A DNA stretch of 64,000 nucleotides, from positions 1 through 64,000 of the IMG/VR virus record IMGVR_UViG_3300034356_001764. One strand, 5' to 3'. Below, piece by piece: positions 53,781-63,394 of this stretch; positions within the stretch are counted from its first letter, which is position 1; each line of letters starts with the position of its first letter. Below the pieces are notes generated by a model that saw only the letters and a program-made list of their open reading frames with translations, was not told the DNA's origin and searched no databases. Position numbers and translations under genes: made by a program. Origin of the DNA: a virus.

Positions 53781-55049
53781 TTAAAATCTCTTGAACAGAT
53801 TGTTATTCTGTCTAGGGATTGTTCTTTGAGGTTTGTTAGAAGGTCTTGTCTTGAAGTCATCATCATCTGTTTGACTTGATGATCCAAGTTTTCTAGCTTC
53901 CTCAGTTTTTAATTGTCTTACTACTTTTTCAGTAGCTACTCTTCCTCCTTGATCTTTTACTTTAGTTCTGTATCCTTCTGGATCAGAAAGTAACCAAAGA
54001 GCTTCAGCAATTAAACCATGATTTGGTTCCACAAACTGATACTTTTCAAGTAAGTGGCCAAGCAAGTTTGTTTGCTTTCCAGAGATTGATGGATAATTTG
54101 GTTGAACCAATCCTGAATATAACACGCTCTGTGTTTTCTTATCAAGTTTAATTCCTCCAATCTCTCCTCCAAGTAAAGTATTATATACACTATCAGTGTA
54201 TGCTCTAGCTTGTTTAGATTGTTGATCTTTTTTCATCTCTTGCTCTGCAAGTTGACGTGCAACAATCTCTTCTTGCATTCTATCCAACTTTGGTTTGAAC
54301 TGATTAGCTTTTTGACCAAGCTTATCAAGATCTCTCCAGTCTTCAACCTCAGATTCAATTTCTTCTGGAGTACCAAAACCTGTTGCATAAAGATACTGTC
54401 TTGCAATTTCAGCTTGATCATATTCATCATCTGGATCTAACTGACGCATCTCCTCTACTTGAGCAAGTGTTCTGAACAAACCTTTTAAGTCTTGACCTCC
54501 ATCAGCAACATACTTTGCTGCTAGTTGAAGTTCTTCTGGTAAAGCATTAAAGAATTCTTTTGGAGTATTCTCTTTAATCTTTGCAGCTCTTTCTTCAAAG
54601 TTTGCTTCAAACAGTTCTCTAAAATCTTTAGTGGTGTAATCCTCTAATGATTTATCATCATCAAAAGGAATTAACTCACCTTCTTCAATCATTTTAGATG
54701 CTAATTCAAATAAACCTGACTTGTCAACTTTAGGTCTTCCTTTGTTGCCAGCTTCTTCTTCTTGTAAGATTAAGCCATCAAGTTCAGCAATAGTTTCATC
54801 AGCTTCTGCTTTCTTATCTGCTATCTCCCTTTTTTCAGCAGGAGTTGCAGGTGTCTTTTCAAGGAACGAGGTGTCAACATCTTCTCCTTGTGAGAATAGT
54901 GACTTTGGTTTCTCTTCTTTGCCATCTTCTGGAAGCATCACATTCTCTGCCCCAGGTGCCCCAAATAAGGCATCAATGTCTACTTCTCTTTGCTCTACCG
55001 TTGTAGAGTCTAATACCTGATCATCAGGGTTGTTGTTGGTTTTTTCCAT
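53781..55049 (-). CDS. Acidic scaffold-like protein (crAss gene 77-like)
   Basis: Acidic helical protein between portal and MCP; ATG at 55049 (GTG at 55052 is an alternative start). Confidence 0.7.
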   Translation of the reverse strand: MEKTNNNPDDQVLDSTTVEQREVDIDALFGAPGAENVMLPEDGKEEKPKSLFSQGEDVDTSFLEKTPATPAEKREIADKKAEADETIAELDGLILQEEEAGNKGRPKVDKSGLFELASKMIEEGELIPFDDDKSLEDYTTKDFRELFEANFEERAAKIKENTPKEFFNALPEELQLAAKYVADGGQDLKGLFRTLAQVEEMRQLDPDDEYDQAEIARQYLYATGFGTPEEIESEVEDWRDLDKLGQKANQFKPKLDRMQEEIVARQLAEQEMKKDQQSKQARAYTDSVYNTLLGGEIGGIKLDKKTQSVLYSGLVQPNYPSISGKQTNLLGHLLEKYQFVEPNHGLIAEALWLLSDPEGYRTKVKDQGGRVATEKVVRQLKTEEARKLGSSSQTDDDDFKTRPSNKPQRTIPRQNNNLFKRF

Positions 55050-55072
55050 CACTGTTGGTTTTAATGATACAC

Positions 55073-55085
55073 TATAATATACAAA
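55073..55085 (-). promoter_or_regulatory. Putative late promoter motif TTTGTATATTATA
   Basis: Identical to 42282-42294; upstream of the scaffold/MCP genes. Confidence 0.5.
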
Positions 55086-55142
55086 TAAATCTTTTAAATT
55101 TAAAGTGCTATTTGTAATTTTTTTGCATTATATAGCTACAAA

Positions 55143-57893
55143 CTATTTTTTAGTTTTACTGTCTTTACCAGAATCATATTTATTCTTGTTAATTCTAGCA
55201 ATTTCAACTTGTTTGTTTGCTATATCTTCTTGCACTTGAAGCTTTCTTTCTTCAATACTCATCTTTTGAGAATGTCTAATATTGTCATCAGATTGTTTTT
55301 CTCTTTGTAAATCCATTTGACTTTGGTACTGTTCTGTCTGTCTAATGTTTTTCATTTCATCCTGATAATCTGATATCTCATTCTTATTGATATCCTGCAT
55401 TGCACCAAATCCAGCAGATCTAATTTCAGCAACAGTAATATTATTTGCAAGCTCTCTTTCTTGTTTATCAGCATCAGCTTGAATTTTAGCTTGTAACTGT
55501 TTCTCTTGAGATGCAAGTTGTTCTTGTTGCATTTGTTGTGCAGCTTGTTGCTCTTGTTGTTTCTGTTGTTGTATCTTAGCTTCAGAATCTTTAAGCACTG
55601 AGTTAAGCTCTGAGATTGAATCTGACTGAACTAATTTACCTAAGTCATATATAGAGGCCCCTGTTGTATTATTCTGCATTGCCATAGACTTTAATTGTTC
55701 TAGTACAGCTCTGTGGTTTGCAGTAGTTGTACAGAATATATTAAGATCGCGCATTAGAAGGTCTGTGCCATTGATTTGAAAGTTTACCTTTTCATCATTG
55801 CCGGTTATGTATGTTAGTCTACTGGAAGGTTTTGTAGAATGATAATACTGTGCAAGGTCAGTTCTCATCTGATGTACTCTTGGCATTAGATAATCACAGT
55901 GTTGAATAAAGAATACTTCTGTTTGAGCATAAGATGCTGCGGCAGCTTGTTCTACTCCGGTAGCAGTCATTTGTGATAACTGAGCACCCATACGTTGTGG
56001 GTTTACTCCTATAACTTCATAAGCCTGTTGCTTAAAGTGGTTAGCTAATTGTACCCTTGACATTAATCTTTCTGTCTGAGATAGATCTAGTTTTTGGAAA
56101 TGCTGAAAGTTTAATGCATTCTCTGTATTTGTAATACTAGTATCAAGAGGTAGAATTTGAAAATTCTTCATTGCTGTATAGGCATTAGCATAATTTCCTT
56201 TTCCCCAGTCTTCACCCAAGGAATGCTTTGGTAAAGTATTTTGGTCAAGCATGATGATAGTACCAAGTTCATCTACCAGGATATCAGCTATTTGATTGTT
56301 GACAATGTTATATCCAATCTGGTATGGCTTCATTAAATCAATCAATGCAGTAGACTTTGTATTTCTATCAGAGAACACCGCTCCTTCTACAGGAAGCTTG
56401 CAACCATAAAGAGTATTATCACCTTTAAATTGAAACTTTAAAGAGCTAATGTGGTTCTTATCTATACCTACATAGATAGGAGAGAATCCACCGGGGTTAT
56501 TCATACCCCAGAAAGAAGGAATGTTTGGTCCAATTTTTACACCACCCCACACTTCATTAATCCAAATCCAATCAATATGCTCACCATATACTAAATTGTC
56601 TTTAGTTTTATTCTTGAAAAGTCTAGTATCATAGATTGGTTTTTCTTCAACTTTGTAGTCTTCAGTTATTACTTCATTAATAACTTCTCCATTCTCAGCT
56701 ACTTTAGTTAAGTTACCAACTTTACGCTGAGACTTCCAATATACTGTTGATACTCTTAATAAGTATGCAGTACCTTGATCATAATAATCTTCTCCCTCAG
56801 ACAAAATCTGATTGATTATGTCTCCTTGGTTGATAACACTACCGTTCATTGCTGAGGTATACTGTCTGTAAGCAAGAGAAGGCATCTGAGTATTCCACTC
56901 ATGTGATTTAGTTCCATCATACATAGAACCATCATTTTGGATACCACCAATTGTATATCCTGCAGATCTAATTGGGTAAACAGCTTCTAGTGCTTCTAAT
57001 TGTTCAGTTGTCATCTGATAACCATAACGGTCAATAACATCTGATGCTGTCATCATGTCTGTTTTACCAACCCATTGTGACTGAGAAATATATCTTGCAT
57101 CTGGAGATTTGTGGTAGAAAGTAATAGCTGGATTCCATAACTCTACTTCATAGTCATCCTCCATCATTCTAAAATGCCAGAATTCTCTATCTGTAATGAG
57201 CATGTCCCTGAAGCCTCTCTCTTCTAGTTCATCCATTTTAAATCTTTCAACATCTACTTTGTGCTGGTGAGTTGCCCACTCTTCAACCATTGATCTATAA
57301 TCCTTCTTAAAGAATTGCTCTATCTCTGGTAAAGTTTTAAGATTCTCTGGATTTAATTGTTGTTGTGCTTCTTCAGATTCTGGATCAAGACCTTGCTCTA
57401 ACAAAGCTGCAGTAAGTTTAATTTGAGCATCTGCCATAAGAACTTCTTCAACTGCAGCACGTTTTTGTTCCATCATCTCATTGTATGAGAACTCATCAAC
57501 AGCTCTGTATGTTAATTTAGTTGATCTCTTAGCAAATTCAGCTACTAGAACATTAATAACATTAGGTATGATTGGGTAGAATCTTAACTCTAAAGCTGAC
57601 TGATCCTCTTTAGTAAGAACATCAACCATGTCTCTATAGTCATTATCTTCTTCAACTATATAATCTGATTTATCAATTACACCTTTAGCCAACTTATAGT
57701 TTTTCATAAGTCTTCTAGCATTTCTTCTAATCTGCTTAAGTCCTTGCCACTCAACCCAGTCTAGATTCCATGCTGCCCACTGCTGATCTTTCTCAGCTTT
57801 TGGTAAAAATTGTAATGGCTGAGTAATACTACCAATTCTATTAGGTTTAGTTTTAGCCCCAGCTTTGGCTTGCATTGCGTTAATTATCTGCAT
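55143..57893 (-). CDS. Portal protein
   Basis: 916 aa after TerL; FYPIIPNVINVLVAEF, WINEVWGG.KIG, LIDLMKPYQ, GVNPQRMG motifs; Q-rich C-terminal barrel. Confidence 0.9.
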   Translation of the reverse strand: MQIINAMQAKAGAKTKPNRIGSITQPLQFLPKAEKDQQWAAWNLDWVEWQGLKQIRRNARRLMKNYKLAKGVIDKSDYIVEEDNDYRDMVDVLTKEDQSALELRFYPIIPNVINVLVAEFAKRSTKLTYRAVDEFSYNEMMEQKRAAVEEVLMADAQIKLTAALLEQGLDPESEEAQQQLNPENLKTLPEIEQFFKKDYRSMVEEWATHQHKVDVERFKMDELEERGFRDMLITDREFWHFRMMEDDYEVELWNPAITFYHKSPDARYISQSQWVGKTDMMTASDVIDRYGYQMTTEQLEALEAVYPIRSAGYTIGGIQNDGSMYDGTKSHEWNTQMPSLAYRQYTSAMNGSVINQGDIINQILSEGEDYYDQGTAYLLRVSTVYWKSQRKVGNLTKVAENGEVINEVITEDYKVEEKPIYDTRLFKNKTKDNLVYGEHIDWIWINEVWGGVKIGPNIPSFWGMNNPGGFSPIYVGIDKNHISSLKFQFKGDNTLYGCKLPVEGAVFSDRNTKSTALIDLMKPYQIGYNIVNNQIADILVDELGTIIMLDQNTLPKHSLGEDWGKGNYANAYTAMKNFQILPLDTSITNTENALNFQHFQKLDLSQTERLMSRVQLANHFKQQAYEVIGVNPQRMGAQLSQMTATGVEQAAAASYAQTEVFFIQHCDYLMPRVHQMRTDLAQYYHSTKPSSRLTYITGNDEKVNFQINGTDLLMRDLNIFCTTTANHRAVLEQLKSMAMQNNTTGASIYDLGKLVQSDSISELNSVLKDSEAKIQQQKQQEQQAAQQMQQEQLASQEKQLQAKIQADADKQERELANNITVAEIRSAGFGAMQDINKNEISDYQDEMKNIRQTEQYQSQMDLQREKQSDDNIRHSQKMSIEERKLQVQEDIANKQVEIARINKNKYDSGKDSKTKK

Positions 57894-57898
57894 AACTC

Positions 57899-60103
57899 TT
57901 ATTTAATATTTTTGAATGGTGATCTTTTAAAATTCTGACCATTGCCAAGTTGGCCTCTTCCCATATGACGGAAAGGACTCCTATTTAATTTAAACAAATT
58001 TTCTGACTTTTGCAAGTTTTTAGCTGCATCATCCATGATTACTCTCTTTGAATAACCTCTGTTAGCTTGTTGAATTCTCATGAAAGCAACAAGTGCACAA
58101 AATGAAACCAGCCTATCCACATTGACTCCATCTGAATATTCTCTCATTTCCTTTAGAAGCATAGGATCTGGAATCCTTTCAATACCATATTTGGTTCTTA
58201 CAATAGTTCCATCAGGTTTTGTTTCTACATCTAATTCTTCTTTAGTGTATTCAATCGCATAACTTAACAAGTGAGCTTTAAATAATACACCTGTATTCTT
58301 CCAACCATACTCCTGGAATACATTAGCATTGGCACCAAGATCTTTCAAGAAAAGTATTTGACTCTTAGGTACTAAGAATCTTTGCTTCTTTCTAGAAATC
58401 ATATACTGGATAAAAAGAGAAATGTTATTCTCTATTACTGTCCATGCATTGTACCATTCTATGATAAGCTCTAATTGCTGGTGTGTTTTATTGATATCAT
58501 CATATCTACCACACCATGATGCTACAATTCTATCTTGTTCAATGAAGGTCTCTGTCTCAGTTCCAGAAATCTTAGTTACCTCTACTGGAGCTTTCATTAT
58601 ATAGATAGAACATAATGATTCTGATGTTGTTGTTTTACCTTCTGATACAGGGTCAATAGAAGCGTAATACTGTCCGAAGGTTGGGTCAGGAATTGGTCTT
58701 TCCCATACAACAATACAACCAGTTTTATCTTCAGTCTTTTTAGATACTGGAAATTCAGAGATAGGTCTTTTATTACTAGTCTTTACACTTGGTTTTCCGT
58801 TCTCATCTGTAGAGATATCTAAAAACTCATAAGCATATTCTTTTTCTTCTATTCTTCTTTCCTGAGCTCCAATAAGATGTGTAGGAAATACAGATACAGT
58901 TCTATTAGCAAAGGCCTCTTCAATGTTTCTAGGATGCTGAGAGATTCTTAACTGGTAAGTTTCCGGGTCTAATTCTTTTTTCCATTTATCAAACTGTTCA
59001 TCTAAAGCCTTTAATGCTTCTTCTACAAGTGAATTACCATATTGATCTATGTATGGTGGCATTGACCATTGCTCAGGAATAAATAATCCAGATAATCCTA
59101 CAGTTCTATTCTTGTCTAGTAAGTTAGATTCAACAGCATAGATATCATTATCTGAAGGATGTAATATCATTTTTCTTAGTGGTTCACATTGTGATAAATC
59201 ACCCACAGATCCTGCAGCTATAAACATTCCTGTAGTAGTCAAACCAGATCTCATAGCAGGACGCATGTACTCATATGTTTTATTCATCTTAGGAGCAATC
59301 CCGGCCTCTTCATGAAAGAAGTATTTAACTGGACCCCCTACACCATTTGTAGGATCCTTTTCAAATGACATACCTTGTATAGTTCCTTTAAGACCTACTT
59401 CATTTTTTCTGTCACCTTTTCTTACCTCAATCTTCTGCTGCCACATCATTACTTTGCTTGGATTCATTGGACGGTACCAAGCTGTGTGCTCATTTAAGAA
59501 TGCTGCATATTCATCTAAGAATTTCCAAGAACCTTTTTCATTGATGTAATCTTTAAGACTTGCTCCAATCTTTAGTGTGACCCCTGCCTCAAACCATTGT
59601 TGACAAAGTAACTTTGCCATGTGATAATATGAAGATGCAATCTGACGTTTCTTTAATACTGCAACATGTTGATAATTAAGTTCAGCAAGCATTTCATAAA
59701 GAGCAAGATGATACTGGGCATCTCTAATATCTGCAAATCCAAACTGTTGTATCTCTTTGTTAAAGATAGGTAAGAAGTTTAACCACATGTAATACTCCCG
59801 CGCTAGATACCAGTTCTTTTCTCCACTCTTAATTAAGACACCTTTTCTGCACTTAGCTTTTTGATCATCCCAATAATTTAAAAAGTCTTTTGATTTAAAT
59901 GGAGCCATGGTATAAACATTCTGCATTTTAAATCTTCTTGATTCTACTGTAAATAGATCAGCACTTACTTCATCAAACTGATATTCACCTGGTTCTTTAA
60001 AAATGCTAAATAAAAAAGTAGCAAACTCTTCTCTAGTTTCAAAAGAAGTTATTGTCCAAGTACCGTTATCCCACGTAGGAATATCTTGATATATCTCACT
60101 CAT
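57899..60103 (-). CDS. terL: Terminase large subunit
   Basis: Walker A-like LKKRQIASSY, Walker B YFFHEEAG, GSVG motif, RNase H-like IDPVS...VIENN...NVDRL. Confidence 0.92.
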   Translation of the reverse strand: MSEIYQDIPTWDNGTWTITSFETREEFATFLFSIFKEPGEYQFDEVSADLFTVESRRFKMQNVYTMAPFKSKDFLNYWDDQKAKCRKGVLIKSGEKNWYLAREYYMWLNFLPIFNKEIQQFGFADIRDAQYHLALYEMLAELNYQHVAVLKKRQIASSYYHMAKLLCQQWFEAGVTLKIGASLKDYINEKGSWKFLDEYAAFLNEHTAWYRPMNPSKVMMWQQKIEVRKGDRKNEVGLKGTIQGMSFEKDPTNGVGGPVKYFFHEEAGIAPKMNKTYEYMRPAMRSGLTTTGMFIAAGSVGDLSQCEPLRKMILHPSDNDIYAVESNLLDKNRTVGLSGLFIPEQWSMPPYIDQYGNSLVEEALKALDEQFDKWKKELDPETYQLRISQHPRNIEEAFANRTVSVFPTHLIGAQERRIEEKEYAYEFLDISTDENGKPSVKTSNKRPISEFPVSKKTEDKTGCIVVWERPIPDPTFGQYYASIDPVSEGKTTTSESLCSIYIMKAPVEVTKISGTETETFIEQDRIVASWCGRYDDINKTHQQLELIIEWYNAWTVIENNISLFIQYMISRKKQRFLVPKSQILFLKDLGANANVFQEYGWKNTGVLFKAHLLSYAIEYTKEELDVETKPDGTIVRTKYGIERIPDPMLLKEMREYSDGVNVDRLVSFCALVAFMRIQQANRGYSKRVIMDDAAKNLQKSENLFKLNRSPFRHMGRGQLGNGQNFKRSPFKNIK

Positions 60104-60618
60104 TATGCATCATATGCTAGTCCTTGACCTCCGCGTACTTTGCTAGATTGCTCCTCTTGTAAGTCTTTATAAACTCCTTTGAATGAGGCTCTTATCTGAT
60201 CAAAATTCTTTGCGGCTGCTACAAGTGAATTAATATTTCCATCTCTTCCTGCTGTGATGGGTGTAGTTTCCATATACTTTCCAAGCCTATCAAGCATTGA
60301 AGACATTCCTTTATATGCTCTAGATGTAGGAGTTTCATACATTCTTTCACAAAATCTTAATGCTGCAAAAACTGTAGCATCTTCTGTTGAGAACTCTCCT
60401 TCAATCTCACGCATTATTATAGATTCTTTTTCAACTTCTGGAGTATGAAAGAAAGGATTCATATCTGGATTAGGACAAGTCATATAAAACAGATACTGGT
60501 AAATCTTAAGATGCTCTTCTGGATATTCATCCATTACATCTTTTAATGCCTTCAGTGTATAACAGTGCTCAGTAGGGATTACTGTTCTGTTTTGAACATC
60601 AAATAGTTTTATTAACAT
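60103..60618 (-). CDS. Conserved hypothetical protein upstream of TerL (possible small terminase)
   Basis: TAATG-coupled to terL; helical with C-terminal KVRGG. Confidence 0.55.
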   Translation of the reverse strand: MLIKLFDVQNRTVIPTEHCYTLKALKDVMDEYPEEHLKIYQYLFYMTCPNPDMNPFFHTPEVEKESIIMREIEGEFSTEDATVFAALRFCERMYETPTSRAYKGMSSMLDRLGKYMETTPITAGRDGNINSLVAAAKNFDQIRASFKGVYKDLQEEQSSKVRGGQGLAYDA

Positions 60619-61451
60619 TAGTGTTTTGTTTTAAGTTTATCTCTGTTGTCATTAATATAATGAATAATTGCCAATACTTCATCAACTAAATAAGGTATTG
60701 CAATTGGTAAAACTTCTTTTACTATAGGATCTCCATGAAGATCACGCTTTGTTATTGGGTATCCCCAGTCATCTTCACCTTCAACTTCAAAAATTACATG
60801 ATGAACAAATATTCTTCCTGGCTTAAGTTTTGGATTATGCTTAAGTATAATGTACATGTAGATGCTTAACTGTAAAGCATAGTGATAGAAATGACAATCA
60901 TCAAGATTATCTACTGGAGGTAACAACTTAGTTGATTTACCTTCCCAGTCTACCCATGATTCTTTTTTAATTTCTTTGTTAGTTTTATAGTCAATGATAT
61001 TTACTTTACCATTGACTACTTCAACTAAATCTGATTGTCCACAAATACCTACTGAACGTAGATATACCATGTGCTCAGGATAAACTCCTGGTTCAAGCTT
61101 TTGAGATGGAGCATGTCTTATTCCATTATTCTCACCGGATGGTTTAAATACAGGAATAGTTACTCCTTCTCTTTCAATTGAAGCAAATGAACATATGTCA
61201 TCTTCTCTTTGGTTATGATAAAATGTTCCAAGAGTAGTAGATCTATCTGCTTCATTTTTCCAAATTTGTTGTATTATAATAGGATCAACACCAGCCCACT
61301 TTGACTTCTTGTTTTTAGAAACTCTTTCTGCAACCTTCTTTGTATCAAAAGGTATTTTAAAATGAGAGACAAGTGTTGTTACACTTACCCAATCAATGTT
61401 ACTATCTTCAAGACTTTTGTAACTGTGATCATCTGCGTTAAATACTATCAT
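60618..61451 (-). CDS. PD-(D/E)XK exonuclease
   Basis: SVTT...GTFYH...EHMVY...ICGQSDLV...IIDYKT...YALQLSIY. Confidence 0.88.
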   Translation of the reverse strand: MIVFNADDHSYKSLEDSNIDWVSVTTLVSHFKIPFDTKKVAERVSKNKKSKWAGVDPIIIQQIWKNEADRSTTLGTFYHNQREDDICSFASIEREGVTIPVFKPSGENNGIRHAPSQKLEPGVYPEHMVYLRSVGICGQSDLVEVVNGKVNIIDYKTNKEIKKESWVDWEGKSTKLLPPVDNLDDCHFYHYALQLSIYMYIILKHNPKLKPGRIFVHHVIFEVEGEDDWGYPITKRDLHGDPIVKEVLPIAIPYLVDEVLAIIHYINDNRDKLKTKH

Positions 61452-61463
61452 TTTTTTTAATTG

Positions 61464-61814
61464 TTAAGCATTTTCAATAATTGAATCAGCTAATGTTCTA
61501 GCTGCCTTATCTTCTGACATGAACATTTTTTTAATATTACTTATTTCTTCTTGAGTAAACTTACCTTCCATACCAAGTATTTTGAGTCTTAGAAGTTTAT
61601 TATCTAATTCAAGTTTATCCATTCTTTCTTCTAAAAGAGTTGTAGGTGATCTATAAACATTTTTATGAGCTTCTGTTATTTGACTCCATAAACCATCTGC
61701 CATTGAGCCAGGTATTCTTTTAGTACTTATTATTGTTTCATCTGAAGTTGTTATTGAACTTGGCTTATATATTTCTTTTGCCCAATCATCTTCATTATTT
61801 GGATAGTCATACAT
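61464..61814 (-). CDS. Hypothetical protein
   Basis: In-line ORF, no recognised motif. Confidence 0.6.
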   Translation of the reverse strand: MYDYPNNEDDWAKEIYKPSSITTSDETIISTKRIPGSMADGLWSQITEAHKNVYRSPTTLLEERMDKLELDNKLLRLKILGMEGKFTQEEISNIKKMFMSEDKAARTLADSIIENA

Positions 61815-61818
61815 AAAA

Positions 61819-62127
61819 TTAATCTTTAAGGTTATCTAATGCATCTTCATCTTCTTCTGATATTAAAGAATTCCAACGTAAGTCAGGACAAGATGTAGAT
61901 AGGGCTCTAACTTTAAAATGTAAAGAGCATCCACATAAATTACAACAAGGTTGAGTTCCTTGTACTACACAAGATTTACCTTCTTCATCTTTTCTAACAC
62001 AGATATTACATATGGCCATACGCTTTTCAGCAATATGCTCAACAAACTCATCTCTTATAATAGAGTTAGTTATCCCCTCCAGTATCTGTTTTCTGTTCTT
62101 CCAAATTTCTTTAAGATTTGCTTTCAT
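61819..62127 (-). CDS. Small Zn-finger protein (DUF6171-like)
   Basis: RMAICNIC...CNLCGCSL..K....SCP...W. Confidence 0.7.
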   Translation of the reverse strand: MKANLKEIWKNRKQILEGITNSIIRDEFVEHIAEKRMAICNICVRKDEEGKSCVVQGTQPCCNLCGCSLHFKVRALSTSCPDLRWNSLISEEDEDALDNLKD

Positions 62128-62482
62128 TTCTTTTAGATTTAATGTTATCCTTTTTGATTTCCTGATCTGCTATTCTCTGCTCTAGTTTGATCAGTAGATC
62201 AAGTTTGTTTTCTACAGCCTTCTTATTAAAGTAAGCTCTGAAAGTAGAAGTATCATGATTACTTAAACTCTTGGTATATTTGGGTATTGCTTTCCTAATT
62301 AATCTAGGTTTTGCTACAAACTGACCAAGACCATCCACATTTATTCTAGGATGTGCTAAGTTACTCATGTTCTCTCTTACTGCTTTATAATAGAATTCAA
62401 TAAAGTCTTCTACTAAAGGTTCCGGAACATCTAGTTCATCAGCAACCTGTCTGTAAAGTTTATTTGCCTTCTTGGGATTCAT
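62111..62482 (-). CDS. IHF/HU-like DNA-binding protein
   Basis: LYRQVADELDVPEPLVEDFIEFYY...INVDGLGQF pattern. Confidence 0.6.
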   Translation of the reverse strand: MNPKKANKLYRQVADELDVPEPLVEDFIEFYYKAVRENMSNLAHPRINVDGLGQFVAKPRLIRKAIPKYTKSLSNHDTSTFRAYFNKKAVENKLDLLIKLEQRIADQEIKKDNIKSKRNESKS

Positions 62483-62840
62483 GTGCTAAGAACTTATAAT
62501 CTAATAACACTGTACCTTCTGTTTGAATCTTTAATGCTGGATTAAGCATAATCAACTTCTTATTCTCTGAATCTTTAACTACTAAACCATTCTTCTCAGA
62601 TTTGTTTATAGAATTTCTTACAGTTTGTGGAGACTTAAATATCCAATCCTCATCTGTAGAAGTATCAACACAAAAATGACTGAGCTCTATTGGCTGGTTA
62701 AAACTAAGCAATGTCAAACAGTTAAGATCAGACTCACTCATTGCTATATGATTAACATAACAATGAGTTAAAATCTGAAATTTTACTACATCCCACTTTG
62801 GCATCTTTACACGTTTCTCAACTTGATTTACTAATGCCAT
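62460..62840 (-). CDS. Winged-HTH protein (RepL-like)
   Basis: MSESDLNCL...SPQTVRNSINK..KNGLVVK...LNP. Confidence 0.55.
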   Translation of the reverse strand: MALVNQVEKRVKMPKWDVVKFQILTHCYVNHIAMSESDLNCLTLLSFNQPIELSHFCVDTSTDEDWIFKSPQTVRNSINKSEKNGLVVKDSENKKLIMLNPALKIQTEGTVLLDYKFLAHESQEGK

Positions 62841-62844
62841 GATG

Positions 62845-63123
62845 TTATCCCTTTTTTAGTTTTCTTTCTTTTGGTTTATCTTCACTCTCTGGACCCTCTG
62901 CTGGTCTCTCTTGAGTTTCTTGCATCATCATTGCATACTGTATACCATACTGAGCACGTCTAAATCTTTCATGATCAATGTCAGCTAATAGTTTTTCATA
63001 CTCATGTTGTGCTTTAAGATAAGGAAGAGACTCAGTGTAGAAAAGTAACATTTCTTCTTTTCTTGCTGTTAGTTCTTCTGCTGATAACTGTTGCTCAGCT
63101 TCATTAAATTGTTGGTTGTCCAT
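62845..63123 (-). CDS. Hypothetical coiled-coil protein
   Basis: In-line ORF downstream of a promoter-like site. Confidence 0.6.
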   Translation of the reverse strand: MDNQQFNEAEQQLSAEELTARKEEMLLFYTESLPYLKAQHEYEKLLADIDHERFRRAQYGIQYAMMMQETQERPAEGPESEDKPKERKLKKG

Positions 63124-63146
63124 CTTATTATATTTTAAAGTTTACA

Positions 63147-63157
63147 CAAATATACAA
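63147..63157 (-). promoter_or_regulatory. Promoter with Bacteroidota -7 box (TAnnTTTG)
   Basis: TTGTATATTTG contains TATATTTG; lies between a terminator and the 63123 start. Confidence 0.55.
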
Positions 63158-63181
63158 TTTTTGTTTAAACATATATAATGT

Positions 63182-63217
63182 AAAAAAGAAAATCCAGGCA
63201 TACAACACACCTGGATT
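63182..63217 (-). terminator. Intrinsic terminator
   Basis: AATCCAGG...CCTGGATT stem followed by TTCTTTTTT on the minus strand. Confidence 0.75.
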
Positions 63218-63235
63218 ACTATACTTTAAGTAGAC

Positions 63236-63394
63236 TTATCTATTTTTAATGGTAAAGTTGCAAATAGTTATCATATAAAATTCTCTAGATATATCAATCT
63301 CTACGGTAAAAAAATCAATTTTACCAATTCTAAAACGAATAGCAAACTTATCCCATTGCTTATTCTTTACTTTCCAGTTGTTTCTAAGTATCAT
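63236..63394 (-). CDS. 52-aa hypothetical protein (not in ORF track)
   Basis: MILRNNWKVKNKQWDKFAIRFRIGKIDFFTVEIDISREFYMITICNFTIKNR; ATGA overlap with the upstream stop; ends just before the terminator. Confidence 0.65.
   Translation of the reverse strand: MILRNNWKVKNKQWDKFAIRFRIGKIDFFTVEIDISREFYMITICNFTIKNR

Noticed and set aside
52135-60103. Introns or inteins in TerL, portal or MCP
   Set aside because: The ORFs are continuous and of ordinary length, with no intein splice motifs or homing endonuclease noticed.
60618-61451. Cas4 / CRISPR association of the nuclease
   Set aside because: It lacks the four-Cys Fe-S cluster pattern; a generic PD-(D/E)XK nuclease beside TerL is usual in crAss-like phages.
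923-62136. The many short plus-strand ORFs and nested alternative-frame minus-strand ORFs in the track
   Set aside because: They are shadows of long minus-strand genes, with Ser/Phe/Leu-rich antisense composition and no recognisable motifs.
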